From Candidatus Bathyarchaeota archaeon (GTDB taxonomy: Archaea > Thermoproteota > Bathyarchaeia > Bathyarchaeales > Bathycorpusculaceae): DNA of 64,000 nt. Under the pieces are notes generated by a model. The model was given only the letters and a program-made list of their open reading frames with translations, did not search any database and was not told the DNA's origin. The stretch is from the NCBI GenBank assembly GCA_963833575.1, contig CAWHXY010000004.1, positions 128,001 to 192,000 on the forward strand. The letters are read 5' to 3'. Shown piece by piece: positions 28,955-37,503 of this stretch (within the stretch, counting starts at the first letter, position 1; each line of letters opens with the position of its first letter). The position numbers and the translations under genes are program-made.

Positions 28955-30247
28955 TTGGTCAATCCTTCAAAAAAACAGAGATATGCCGTAATTGCCTCAA
29001 TAGTGATTGCAATGCTTTTGGCTTCTATAATTGTCGCATTCGCTATCTCTTGTCAAGCACCAACTACCAATGCTCTTAATGCTCAAGGAATAATTGACAA
29101 AATAAATTTAAAAACCCCCGGAGGTTATTACGGCGCAGCCTATGATTCTGCTAAAGGAGAGGTATTCGTTACCAATGCGGATTACAGTTCGGTTTCCGTG
29201 ATATCGGACAACAACAATACTGTGGTTGCCAAAATACCTGTAGGAAACTTACCTCTTGGCGTAATCTACGATTCTGGCAAAAACGAGATATTTGTTGCCA
29301 ACTATGCTTCCGATTCAGTCTCAGTCATATCGGACACTAATAATACTATAGTCGCAAACATAACTGTAGGAAGTCAACCTTCTGGGCTAGCTTATGATTT
29401 CGGAAAGGGAGAAGTTTTTGTAGCCAATAGATTTGACAACACGGTTTCGGTGATATCTGACAGCAATAACAGCGTACTTGCAACAGCAAGTGTAGGAAAT
29501 AGCCCTTATAATCTGGCCTACGACTCTGTTAAGAGCGAGATTTTTGTGATTAATTATGGCAATAATACGGTTTCAATTATTTCGGATAACACAAACAACG
29601 TTGTTGCTACCATAACTGTGGGGAATAATCCCTATTCTGCAGCATATGATTCGGGCATGGGTGAAATCTTTGTGACTAATTACAATTCAAGTTCAATCTC
29701 GGTGATATCGGATAGCAACAACAGTGTTGTTGCTAAAATAACCTCATTAAACCAACCCTTTGGTTGCATTTATGATTCTAGTAAGGGGGAGATATTCGTA
29801 GTAAACTATCATTCGATTGCAGTCATATCCGATAGCAACAACACCATAGTTGCAAACATACCCTCAGAAATCCAATCTCAAAGCATAACATATGATTCGG
29901 GCAAAGGAGAGATATTTGTACCCCATTCTGAACACGGTACTTTATCAGTGATATCTGATTCCTTGGGCGCCACTGTATCGCCAAGTTCAATTACGATGGC
30001 AGCCTTGCAAAATCAGGATCCTACCCTTAAACCCTTGTCTCCGCAGTCAACGCCTTCTCCTAATTCAACATCCACGCAATTCGCCCAACCCAAAAACTAT
30101 GAAACGAAAACTCTTGCAGGCTACTACCTGATTTTATCAGCGGCTATAGCAGTCGCTACACTGATTGTTATCGTCATAATCTCAATTATTAAGCGAAGCA
30201 ACTTAATTTCCCCTGACAAAACACCCCCTCAAAATAGCGATGATTAA
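28955..30247 (+). CDS. YVTN/YncE-type 7-blade beta-propeller surface protein with S/T/P linker and C-terminal TM
   Basis: Seven ~42-aa repeats YDSGKGEIFV.N....SVSVISD.NN.VVA.I.VG..P. Confidence 0.88.
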   Translation: MVNPSKKQRYAVIASIVIAMLLASIIVAFAISCQAPTTNALNAQGIIDKINLKTPGGYYGAAYDSAKGEVFVTNADYSSVSVISDNNNTVVAKIPVGNLPLGVIYDSGKNEIFVANYASDSVSVISDTNNTIVANITVGSQPSGLAYDFGKGEVFVANRFDNTVSVISDSNNSVLATASVGNSPYNLAYDSVKSEIFVINYGNNTVSIISDNTNNVVATITVGNNPYSAAYDSGMGEIFVTNYNSSSISVISDSNNSVVAKITSLNQPFGCIYDSSKGEIFVVNYHSIAVISDSNNTIVANIPSEIQSQSITYDSGKGEIFVPHSEHGTLSVISDSLGATVSPSSITMAALQNQDPTLKPLSPQSTPSPNSTSTQFAQPKNYETKTLAGYYLILSAAIAVATLIVIVIISIIKRSNLISPDKTPPQNSDD

Positions 30248-30341
30248 AATGGAACCTCGAGGAGCAACTAATTTTTTCATGATTCGCATCCCTCAATCCG
30301 CAAATTGTCTTCGCTCAATAAAACGTTCTGGGTGAGGACAC

Positions 30342-31937
30342 ATTAAACAGCGAACCCTTGTTTGCTTCGTTATTGCAGTTATAATCGCCCTTTATCTTGT
30401 TAACATTGATTTTATTCGGCCAGCCAGCTCTTGTTATGGTCCATGCATAACCGCTAACATTGACAAGACCCAAGTGAACATTAACGGAACTGTCACGATA
30501 ACTGGACAAGTGTGCCCTCCTGCACAAAATATTACAGTTGAAGTAATTTATACACGACCCGATTACACTTTTATTCAACAATATGTTATTGCTAACCCGA
30601 AAACTGGCAATTTCTCTGTTACTCAAAAGCTTGACATGATTGGTTACTGGAACATTTTCGCTCTGAATGGCGCTATTCTCGATAGATTGTTTGTGGTGGT
30701 AATAGACCCAACGAATCCTAATGCGTCTGAACCTACTCCAACAGTTCCATTGAAAGTTAACTCTAATTATTCACTTTTGGGCGCAACTGGAGCCTTGCTA
30801 AGCGTAGGCATAATCGGAGTAGTCTATGGTGTGAAAAGAAAGACTATAAAAATTAGCTCCATCAGACTACTTGTACAAATTGGTTTGCTCTTTTTAATTT
30901 TCTTCGGCGTTTTCGTTGAAGGCCACTATCCAATACCAGCGGCAACAGTCAGTCCTCATGAAGCCTTAGTTGCAACCAACGCTTTGGGCGTGCAAATGCC
31001 CGATGGAATACCAGCACCCTTCCTTTCTTGTTACTTTCCTTGTGGAAAAACCGTAACATGCGCTCTTTGGGAACTTCAAACATACATTTACCCATTCTTT
31101 AACACTGGAAGTGGCTGGGGCGTCCAGTATTCTTCAACAGGCATCGAACGATTAGGCATTGTTTTGGGAGTAATAATTGTGGCTGGAGTGCTTTTAGGCA
31201 GGCTGTTTTGTGGCTGGGTATGTCCGTTCGGCTTATATTTGGATTTGGTAACCCGAATAAGAAAAGCGCTTAAAGTTAGACGGCGTAACCTTTCGCCCAA
31301 GTTTAGCGAAAGATTTCACCAATTAGGCTACCTTATTTTAGCGCTTATTATCATTGTAAGCGTACTTTTTGCTTCTCAAGCGATTGCTGGCATCCAACTC
31401 GTACCTGGAACTCAAAAAGAAGGCTTCGTCTGGAACTATTTTTCAGCGCCGTTTTGCCAAGTTTGCCCCATGAAACCGTTATGCGTTTTGGTGGAAATCG
31501 GTGTGGGCATAATGCCGCCCTCACACGCTACTCAAACCACAACTGGTTTGCTAGACACGCTTGGTTACTATCTCACGTCAATTAACTTGCTAATACTATT
31601 ATTAGTAACGGCAGCTGCATTCTTCATCAGACGTTCATGGTGTCGGGTTTGTCCTCTTGGCGCTTTGATGGCATTGTTTAACAGGTTTCCGCCATTCAAA
31701 TGGATTTCAGGTGTACGCTTAAACAAGCAAGGTGAAAAATGTAAAAACTGTGGTATCTGCAAGCAAGTTTGTCCTACCCAAGTCAAAAGTATATACGAGC
31801 AAAAAATTGGAGATGTTGCAGACTCACAATGTATATGGTGTTTAAGGTGTGTCGAAATGTGTCCATACGAGGATTGCCTGCAGTTTAAGTTTGCTAGTAA
31901 AACAATTGTTAAATCAAGAGACTGGTTAAGCCAATAG
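30342..31937 (+). CDS. Membrane 4Fe-4S-binding protein (NapH/MauN-like) with N-terminal extracellular domain; probable ATT start at 30342 (first canonical start GTG 30474)
   Basis: GRLFCGWVCPFG, FCQVCP, RSWCRVCPLG, CKNCGICKQVCP, CIWCLRCVEMCP; the upstream in-frame extension encodes a signal-peptide-like segment after SD GGTGAGG. Confidence 0.85.
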   Translation: MKQRTLVCFVIAVIIALYLVNIDFIRPASSCYGPCITANIDKTQVNINGTVTITGQVCPPAQNITVEVIYTRPDYTFIQQYVIANPKTGNFSVTQKLDMIGYWNIFALNGAILDRLFVVVIDPTNPNASEPTPTVPLKVNSNYSLLGATGALLSVGIIGVVYGVKRKTIKISSIRLLVQIGLLFLIFFGVFVEGHYPIPAATVSPHEALVATNALGVQMPDGIPAPFLSCYFPCGKTVTCALWELQTYIYPFFNTGSGWGVQYSSTGIERLGIVLGVIIVAGVLLGRLFCGWVCPFGLYLDLVTRIRKALKVRRRNLSPKFSERFHQLGYLILALIIIVSVLFASQAIAGIQLVPGTQKEGFVWNYFSAPFCQVCPMKPLCVLVEIGVGIMPPSHATQTTTGLLDTLGYYLTSINLLILLLVTAAAFFIRRSWCRVCPLGALMALFNRFPPFKWISGVRLNKQGEKCKNCGICKQVCPTQVKSIYEQKIGDVADSQCIWCLRCVEMCPYEDCLQFKFASKTIVKSRDWLSQ

Positions 31938-32111
31938 CAAGGTCTGTTTTCAATAGTACTTTTGTGGTTTGCTTAGAGATCTTGGTTTAGATGTTCCAAC
32001 TTTGGATTTAGGAGCCGAGCGTAAACTTGAAGGTCTTGAACGATTTTATCAATGTAGTCAGCATTCTTTTCAATTTCATCCATGCTTTCGTATAAAAACT
32101 TCAGCGCGTAC

Positions 32112-33209
32112 TTAAGCCAATATACCCTTTTTCATTATTACTTTTGATGTCCCATCAGCGTAGTAGCTTGTAATCGTTGGTTTGCTGACTAACATATCAA
32201 CATGACATCTGATGTTACCTGGAGCGAGGTGACAGGTGCCTCTTATTTTTTCATCCTCCAGCATATTTCCCGTTATTCTTGACTTATCATTTAGGCCTAT
32301 ACCAACTTCTTCTAAAACTGTTGGTAAGCCATATTTCGATTCAGAACCCAGTATATCTTTTCGAATGCTGTTGAGCGCTGAGTCATCGCATTGCAACTCG
32401 GTTAAGACGCCATCTTTGAATTTAGCGGTTAAAGGTTTTTCAGGATCAATTTTACCTTCATAACCTCCTGCCGTAATGTCACAGACCAATATGCCGTTTG
32501 CTATCTGTCTTAAAGGATAACTCTGGCTTTCGACTTCGCCAGTTTCTTTATTTAATGCTCTGACGATTTCGCCCTTCTGTGACCATACTTCGCCTATAGG
32601 GAGGTTGCCAAACTTTCCAGGCTTGCCGTAAACATTCGGCGGCACAATAGTGCAGTCTGTGTCAAATTTAATTTCTCTGGGAACAAGCACTTCTATGTCA
32701 GTTCCTCCGGGCGCAGTTATGTATATCTTCTCTATGTTCTGCAGTCTCTGTAACATTTTTTCCGATTCTTCAGCCATCTTTCTATAGTCACATTGGAGTG
32801 GCCCATTGACAGCCATGTCCAAAGTTATGCCTGGTGAGTGAGCCCAGCTTATTGGTACTTCTTCGATGGTTTGATGCAGCAATTCTATTCTTGCTCCAAC
32901 TTCTTCTAGGTTCCAGTCTGGATTTTGGCTGTAATCAAAAAGGCCAATTCCAGCCTTAGGAGTTTTTTGGTGAAGCAATGTTACGAGTTCTTTCGGAAAG
33001 TGTTTGTAAGATCTTTTTGCCGCCAAGTCAAAAGTACTAACGTTTAAGCCACAATTCTGTGCAGCCGTTTGCGCTGCTTTAGTAAGTACAGTAGAGTTAC
33101 GGTTAATGATAAGGTAATCCTCATGAGCTTTCACTTTTTGGCTATACAGCATGAACTCCCTAAGTTTGTTCGCAACCTTATCAAGATCATCTTTAGCTAT
33201 CTTTTGCAT
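32112..33209 (-). CDS. Thermophilic metalloprotease (M29) / leucyl aminopeptidase-like protein
   Basis: PGIT, PGGTD, GNLP.GEV, E.GIG.N, LEDEK..GT.H.A.GN, H.D. Confidence 0.75.
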   Translation of the reverse strand: MQKIAKDDLDKVANKLREFMLYSQKVKAHEDYLIINRNSTVLTKAAQTAAQNCGLNVSTFDLAAKRSYKHFPKELVTLLHQKTPKAGIGLFDYSQNPDWNLEEVGARIELLHQTIEEVPISWAHSPGITLDMAVNGPLQCDYRKMAEESEKMLQRLQNIEKIYITAPGGTDIEVLVPREIKFDTDCTIVPPNVYGKPGKFGNLPIGEVWSQKGEIVRALNKETGEVESQSYPLRQIANGILVCDITAGGYEGKIDPEKPLTAKFKDGVLTELQCDDSALNSIRKDILGSESKYGLPTVLEEVGIGLNDKSRITGNMLEDEKIRGTCHLAPGNIRCHVDMLVSKPTITSYYADGTSKVIMKKGILA

Positions 33210-33802
33210 TTTGTATATTCCTCATTCATGCTGTAAAGTAGATTGTGCGTTCTGCTTTTCAAATTTGCCCAAGCAAATTTATGAAACCTCACATTTTTCT
33301 CATCAAAAGCTTCTGAAAAAATTACCTTACCAAAGACAAAATAGTCGAACACATTGATCAAAAACCAGATAAAGAAACAATAGTACCTTCGAAACTGTTG
33401 ATCCCGGAAAAAGGCATAATCCTAGCAAACGAAGCTAGCAAAAAAAAGACGCGCTCAAAGTCTTAACTAATTTTGTGTTTAATCCTAAATTTTTAAGCAC
33501 TGCAAGAATTTCCTTTTAATCGGTTAAAAGCTTCTGAAATGTTGACTAATTAGGCTTAGCTTTAATCTGAGATATGCGTAAGAATTCCAATTGGAGCTTT
33601 AAATTATTGAAGAAAAAAGACAGCATAGACGTAAGCGAATGCGAAACATTCGCATCTTACGATGAGAAGTTGAGAGAGAAGTACGGTGACAACTGGTTAG
33701 GCAAGGGCAAGTGCACAGGACTTGAGTTTAAACGTTGGTTAGCTCTACGTGATAATAAAACAGAAATTCCGTGACTCATGCGCTAAAAATTATGTTAACC
33801 GC

Positions 33803-33937
33803 ATGGCATTAACTATAATTATCATGGCAATTCTCAACATAATTCTTAATTACCTCATTGTCCAAAGTCTCTGGCTTGAAGGTAAACAAAATGGTAAAGA
33901 TGGATTTCGGTGGCGTCAAAGAAGATGTCATCACTAG
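33803..33937 (+). CDS. Putative Ile/Leu-rich leader peptide (uORF) overlapping the ilvC start
   Basis: MALTIIIMAILNIILNYLIVQSLWLEGKQNGKDGFRWRQRRCHH*; 14 of the first 25 codons are Ile/Leu/Val; alternative ATG at 33824. Confidence 0.45.
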   Translation: MALTIIIMAILNIILNYLIVQSLWLEGKQNGKDGFRWRQRRCHH

Positions 33938-34958
33938 AGAAGAGTTCACTGTGGCGAAGGCCCAAAAAATCCTTAAAGACGAAGTTGTCGTCTCCCTTGG
34001 CTATGGCATTCAAGGCCAAGCTCAATCACTTAACATGCGAGACAACGGAGTAAAAGTAATAATTGGACAAGAAAAAGAAGGCGTCTTCAAAAAAGAATGG
34101 GACAAAGCAATAGCAGACGGCTGGAAACCAAGCGAAAACCTATTCCCCATGGAAGAAGCAGCCAAAAAAGGAACCATCAAAATGTTCCTCCTAACGGATG
34201 CAGCACAAAAATTGGTCTGGCCAAAAATCAAAGCAACTCTCAAAGCAGGCGACGCACTCTATTTCAGCCACGGTTTTAGCATCGTTTACAAAGAACAAAC
34301 AGGCGTTATCCCGCCCATAGATATTGATGTAATCCTTGTCGCGCCGAAAGGCTCAGGCACATCTGTGCGTAGAAACTTTGTTGACGGCAGCGGCATAAAC
34401 TGTAGCTTCGCTGTTCACCAAGATGCAACTGGCAAAGCAATGGATCGGGCAAAAGCATTGGGAATCGCCATCGGCGGAGGGTATCTGTTTCCTACTACTT
34501 TTGAAAAAGAAGTTTACAGCGACCTTACAGGCGAACGTGGCACATTAATGGGAGCACTCGCAGGCATACTTGAAGCCCAATACAACACTCTTCGCGCGCA
34601 TGGTCACAGCCCAAGTGAAGCCTTCAACGAATCCGTCGAGGAACTCACACAGAGCCTCATACGCTTAGTTGACGAAAACGGCATGGACTGGATGTACTGC
34701 AACTGCAGCGAAACCGCACGCATAGGCGCCCTACGATGGAGACCCCGATTCCGCGAAGCCACACAACCCGTATTCGATTCACTTTACGAACTCGTCGCAG
34801 CAGGAGAAGAAACACGCATCGTATTGGAAAAGAGTAAAGCACCCGACTACCGACAAAAACTTGCTGATGAACTAAAAGAAATGGGCAACAGCGAAATGTG
34901 GCGTGCAGGCCAAACCGTACGCTCACTACGTCCCGGCAAACAGAAAAAGAAAGAGTAA
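33891..34958 (+). CDS. ilvC: Ketol-acid reductoisomerase
   Basis: GYGIQG.AQ.LN, LL.D..Q, YFSHGF, VAPKGSG, SDLTGERG.LMG, EAFNE, CS.TA..GA; ATG 33891 after GAAGGT. Confidence 0.95.
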   Translation: MVKMDFGGVKEDVITREEFTVAKAQKILKDEVVVSLGYGIQGQAQSLNMRDNGVKVIIGQEKEGVFKKEWDKAIADGWKPSENLFPMEEAAKKGTIKMFLLTDAAQKLVWPKIKATLKAGDALYFSHGFSIVYKEQTGVIPPIDIDVILVAPKGSGTSVRRNFVDGSGINCSFAVHQDATGKAMDRAKALGIAIGGGYLFPTTFEKEVYSDLTGERGTLMGALAGILEAQYNTLRAHGHSPSEAFNESVEELTQSLIRLVDENGMDWMYCNCSETARIGALRWRPRFREATQPVFDSLYELVAAGEETRIVLEKSKAPDYRQKLADELKEMGNSEMWRAGQTVRSLRPGKQKKKE

Positions 34959-35022
34959 TTTTCTAACTCTTTTCTTTAATTTTTTGTTCGCGAAAAAACA
35001 GCGAGCTAACTTCTTTTTTCAA

Positions 35023-35910
35023 TTAATTTTTTGTTGAATCAGTTTTTGATGAGTTATGCGACTGTGCAGATTTTCTTTGCAGGAATGTGATCACTGTATC
35101 TATGAGGGCTTCACAGGCAAACCATCTTTCTTCTAAGGAACCATCTGTCTCCAAGTTCTGGGATATCTTGTGGAACTTTTTTAGTTGATCCAACACTGGC
35201 TCTCGTCTTGTTTCGTATTCCTCGCGGAGTTTCTTTTGTTGGGCATTAAAATTCAGTTCAGCAAGTTCAAGTTCCCTTTGTTTATCGTTTAATTTCTGTG
35301 CTATCTCTATTTCCTTCTGTTCCCTGTCCTTTCTGGAAATGCCACGGAAAAATCCCGTTTTCATCCGAATAACCTTATCCTGCTCTCTTTTAGCCTGGTC
35401 TATGGAGATATACAGACGCTTAATTTCTCGGTTTTTCCGTTTTTTAAGCTCTGCCATCGTGGTTACATATTCAGTGTCAATTTGTTTCAGGCGGCTTTTG
35501 TAGTAGGTTAGGTTTGTTATTTCCTGATCCTGTGAGGCTTCTTTTTTGCGTCTCTCTTCAAGCTGTGATTTAATTACGACGAGTGTTTGTGCGCGGTCCT
35601 TCACGTATTGATCATCTGCGTTTATGTTGGGGTGAGACTCAAATTCGCTTAGAACAATCGCAACATCAGTTAGCCAACGATCAAAATGGATGCTGAATGG
35701 GGAAGAACCAAACTTCTGGCTGCCTAAAGTATGTAGTCGTTTAATTGTTCCTTCTGAAACCTCTCTTTCAGTAGCAGTCTGCTTCTCTTCCTGTATTGGT
35801 CTGCCAACACGACTATGGCCGCGTTTTCTATCCTTGCGTTTTTCGCGAAGAGGCTTTTTGTACTCGTGAATGGCGCCTTTAGGCGATTTTATCCGAGTCG
35901 GATATCCCAT
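35023..35910 (-). CDS. Hypothetical coiled-coil protein with basic N-terminus
   Basis: Long charged helical ORF of about 295 aa, no catalytic motif recognised. Confidence 0.7.
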   Translation of the reverse strand: MGYPTRIKSPKGAIHEYKKPLREKRKDRKRGHSRVGRPIQEEKQTATEREVSEGTIKRLHTLGSQKFGSSPFSIHFDRWLTDVAIVLSEFESHPNINADDQYVKDRAQTLVVIKSQLEERRKKEASQDQEITNLTYYKSRLKQIDTEYVTTMAELKKRKNREIKRLYISIDQAKREQDKVIRMKTGFFRGISRKDREQKEIEIAQKLNDKQRELELAELNFNAQQKKLREEYETRREPVLDQLKKFHKISQNLETDGSLEERWFACEALIDTVITFLQRKSAQSHNSSKTDSTKN

Positions 35911-36030
35911 GACCAAAACGTATCATTCTTCAAGTATTTAGTTTATGCTCAAAATGTCGTTTAACCAATCTTCATTCTCACAAAAAATCAGCGATACAGC
36001 AAAAATAAATTTATAACCTATAAGCAACCA

Positions 36031-36516
36031 ATGTCTTTCATGAATAAAAAAGAGAGCTCAATAGTTATCCAGCAAGTTGATGAAGAAATATTTGATGATT
36101 TTTTAGGCTTAATTGACAAGCTTGCAGAATATGAAAAGCTGGCTCCACCCAACGAAGAAGCAAGAAGAAGACTACGAATAGACTGTCTATCTGATAAACC
36201 CAAATATCAAGCATTCATTGGGAAAATAGGAAACAAAAGCATATCATACGCAATTTATTTCTTCACTTATTCGAGTTTTCTTGCCTTGCCAACATTGTAT
36301 CTTGAAGATATTTTTGTTCTTGAAGATTATAGAAGGCAAGGGGTTGGCCAGAGAATGTTCGACTACTTAAAAGCAATAGCAAAGCTCGAAGGATGTGGCA
36401 GAATAGAATTTACTGTTTTGAAATGGAACAAGTCCGCGCAAGAGTTTTATGAAAAAAACAAAGCCAAACGACTAGAATGGTTCTTGTATCGGTTAGTCAA
36501 GGAAGATTTTGGCTAA
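36031..36516 (+). CDS. GNAT N-acetyltransferase (diamine/spermidine acetyltransferase-like)
   Basis: LAEYEKL, YSSF....LYLEDIFV...YRRQGVG, VLKWN..A..FY. Confidence 0.85.
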   Translation: MSFMNKKESSIVIQQVDEEIFDDFLGLIDKLAEYEKLAPPNEEARRRLRIDCLSDKPKYQAFIGKIGNKSISYAIYFFTYSSFLALPTLYLEDIFVLEDYRRQGVGQRMFDYLKAIAKLEGCGRIEFTVLKWNKSAQEFYEKNKAKRLEWFLYRLVKEDFG

Positions 36517-36561
36517 CATATTCTCAAAAAGCAAATGTTATATTTGACGTGTATGGGGGTG

Positions 36562-36789
36562 TCAAGATTCTTTTTGGTCTGGTACAACTTTGACTGTAAC
36601 GTTTGGCCCTTTTATTCCAGTTAGTGGTGGCAGAATATGAGAAATAAATTGTTCTGCGGTACATGGGCGAACTATTCCGTTGCTGTTGTATTCTTTCCAG
36701 CAGTCTTTTTCTTTTCTAAACTTCTGTAGCCATCTATCGTGGAACATTATGTAGATTGTGCATTCGGAATTTTTCATGATAATTTTCAT
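36562..36789 (-). CDS. Small hypothetical protein
   Basis: ORF of about 75 aa from ATG 36789 with G.VR.CTAEQF.SH.LPPL.G. Confidence 0.55.
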   Translation of the reverse strand: MKIIMKNSECTIYIMFHDRWLQKFRKEKDCWKEYNSNGIVRPCTAEQFISHILPPLTGIKGPNVTVKVVPDQKES

Positions 36790-36899
36790 GCAGGCGTAAT
36801 TATTAAAATCTGATGCCAAAAAAGGGTTAAAAAAGGAAGCATAGTCTCATCTTTCATAACTGGTAAACATCAGGAGAGATTACAAGAAATGACTTTTGG

Positions 36900-36920
36900 T
36901 TAAAAAAGAAAAAAGAGAGT
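36900..36920 (-). terminator. Oligo-T terminator downstream of the Lys-rich micro-ORF
   Basis: Minus strand reads ACTCTCTTTTTTCTTTTTTAA about 25 nt after the stop. Confidence 0.5.
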
Positions 36921-36942
36921 AAATATGCCTTTGGCCGAGATT

Positions 36943-37005
36943 TTACTTTTTCTTTGCTGGGGCTTTCTTAACTTCTTTCTTAGCTGGTTTCTTCGCCACT
37001 GTCAT
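36943..37005 (-). CDS. Lys/Ala/Pro-rich micro-protein MTVAKKPAKKEVKKAPAKKK (histone H1-tail-like), divergent from the histone gene
   Basis: ATG 37005 (or GTG 36999) to TAA 36945-36943; TATA TTATATATA at 37047-37039, GAGGG upstream of the start, U-tract downstream; 9 of 20 residues are Lys, two PAKK units. Confidence 0.7.
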   Translation of the reverse strand: MTVAKKPAKKEVKKAPAKKK

Positions 37006-37038
37006 GACCCTCGGGATTTCATATATGTAAGTACTTTG

Positions 37039-37056
37039 TATATATAATTTACTTAA
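37039..37056 (-). promoter_or_regulatory. BRE-TATA promoter of the micro-ORF
   Basis: Minus strand TAAGTAAA-TTATATATA, ending about 35 nt upstream of the ATG. Confidence 0.55.
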
Positions 37057-37127
37057 ATTACAGAGGAAAAAGATAACAAAGCTTAATATTGCCTTAAAAA
37101 ATTAAAGAGGCTGTAGAGGAAGACGAT

Positions 37128-37349
37128 ATGAAGGAAATAGAAATACCGGTGGCTCCAATGCACAGATTGTGTAAGAAAGCTGGAGCAGAAAGAGTAAGTG
37201 AAGCAGCAGCTCATGAGCTTGCAAAAGTTCTCGACGAAATTGGCACCAAGATTGCAAAAGAAGCATTTGACTATGCGATGTATGCTGGAAGAAAAACTAT
37301 TAAAACAAAAGACATAGAAATCGCGACTAGAAAAATCATAAAAAAATAG
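37128..37349 (+). CDS. Archaeal histone (HMf family) with Tyr at the His49-equivalent position
   Basis: IPVAPMHRLCKKAGAERVSE.A...LA...EA..YA.YAGRKTIK..DIE.A; SD GAGGA. Confidence 0.95.
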   Translation: MKEIEIPVAPMHRLCKKAGAERVSEAAAHELAKVLDEIGTKIAKEAFDYAMYAGRKTIKTKDIEIATRKIIKK

Positions 37350-37503
37350 CAATCTAGGACATAAGCACATAATGCTTTTCAATTTATTTTTCATTGATTC
37401 CGGAAAAAACTGAAGCCAAAACGAATGACTTGATAAACAAGTAATAAGTTGCGGAAGACTTAAGGACTCATTTCTGTTTACACAAAATAAGGCAGGGTTT
37501 TGC

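Noticed and set aside
33574-33774. 66-aa ORF upstream of the ilvC leader
   Set aside because: No recognisable family or SD. It may be a gene remnant but cannot be supported from sequence alone.
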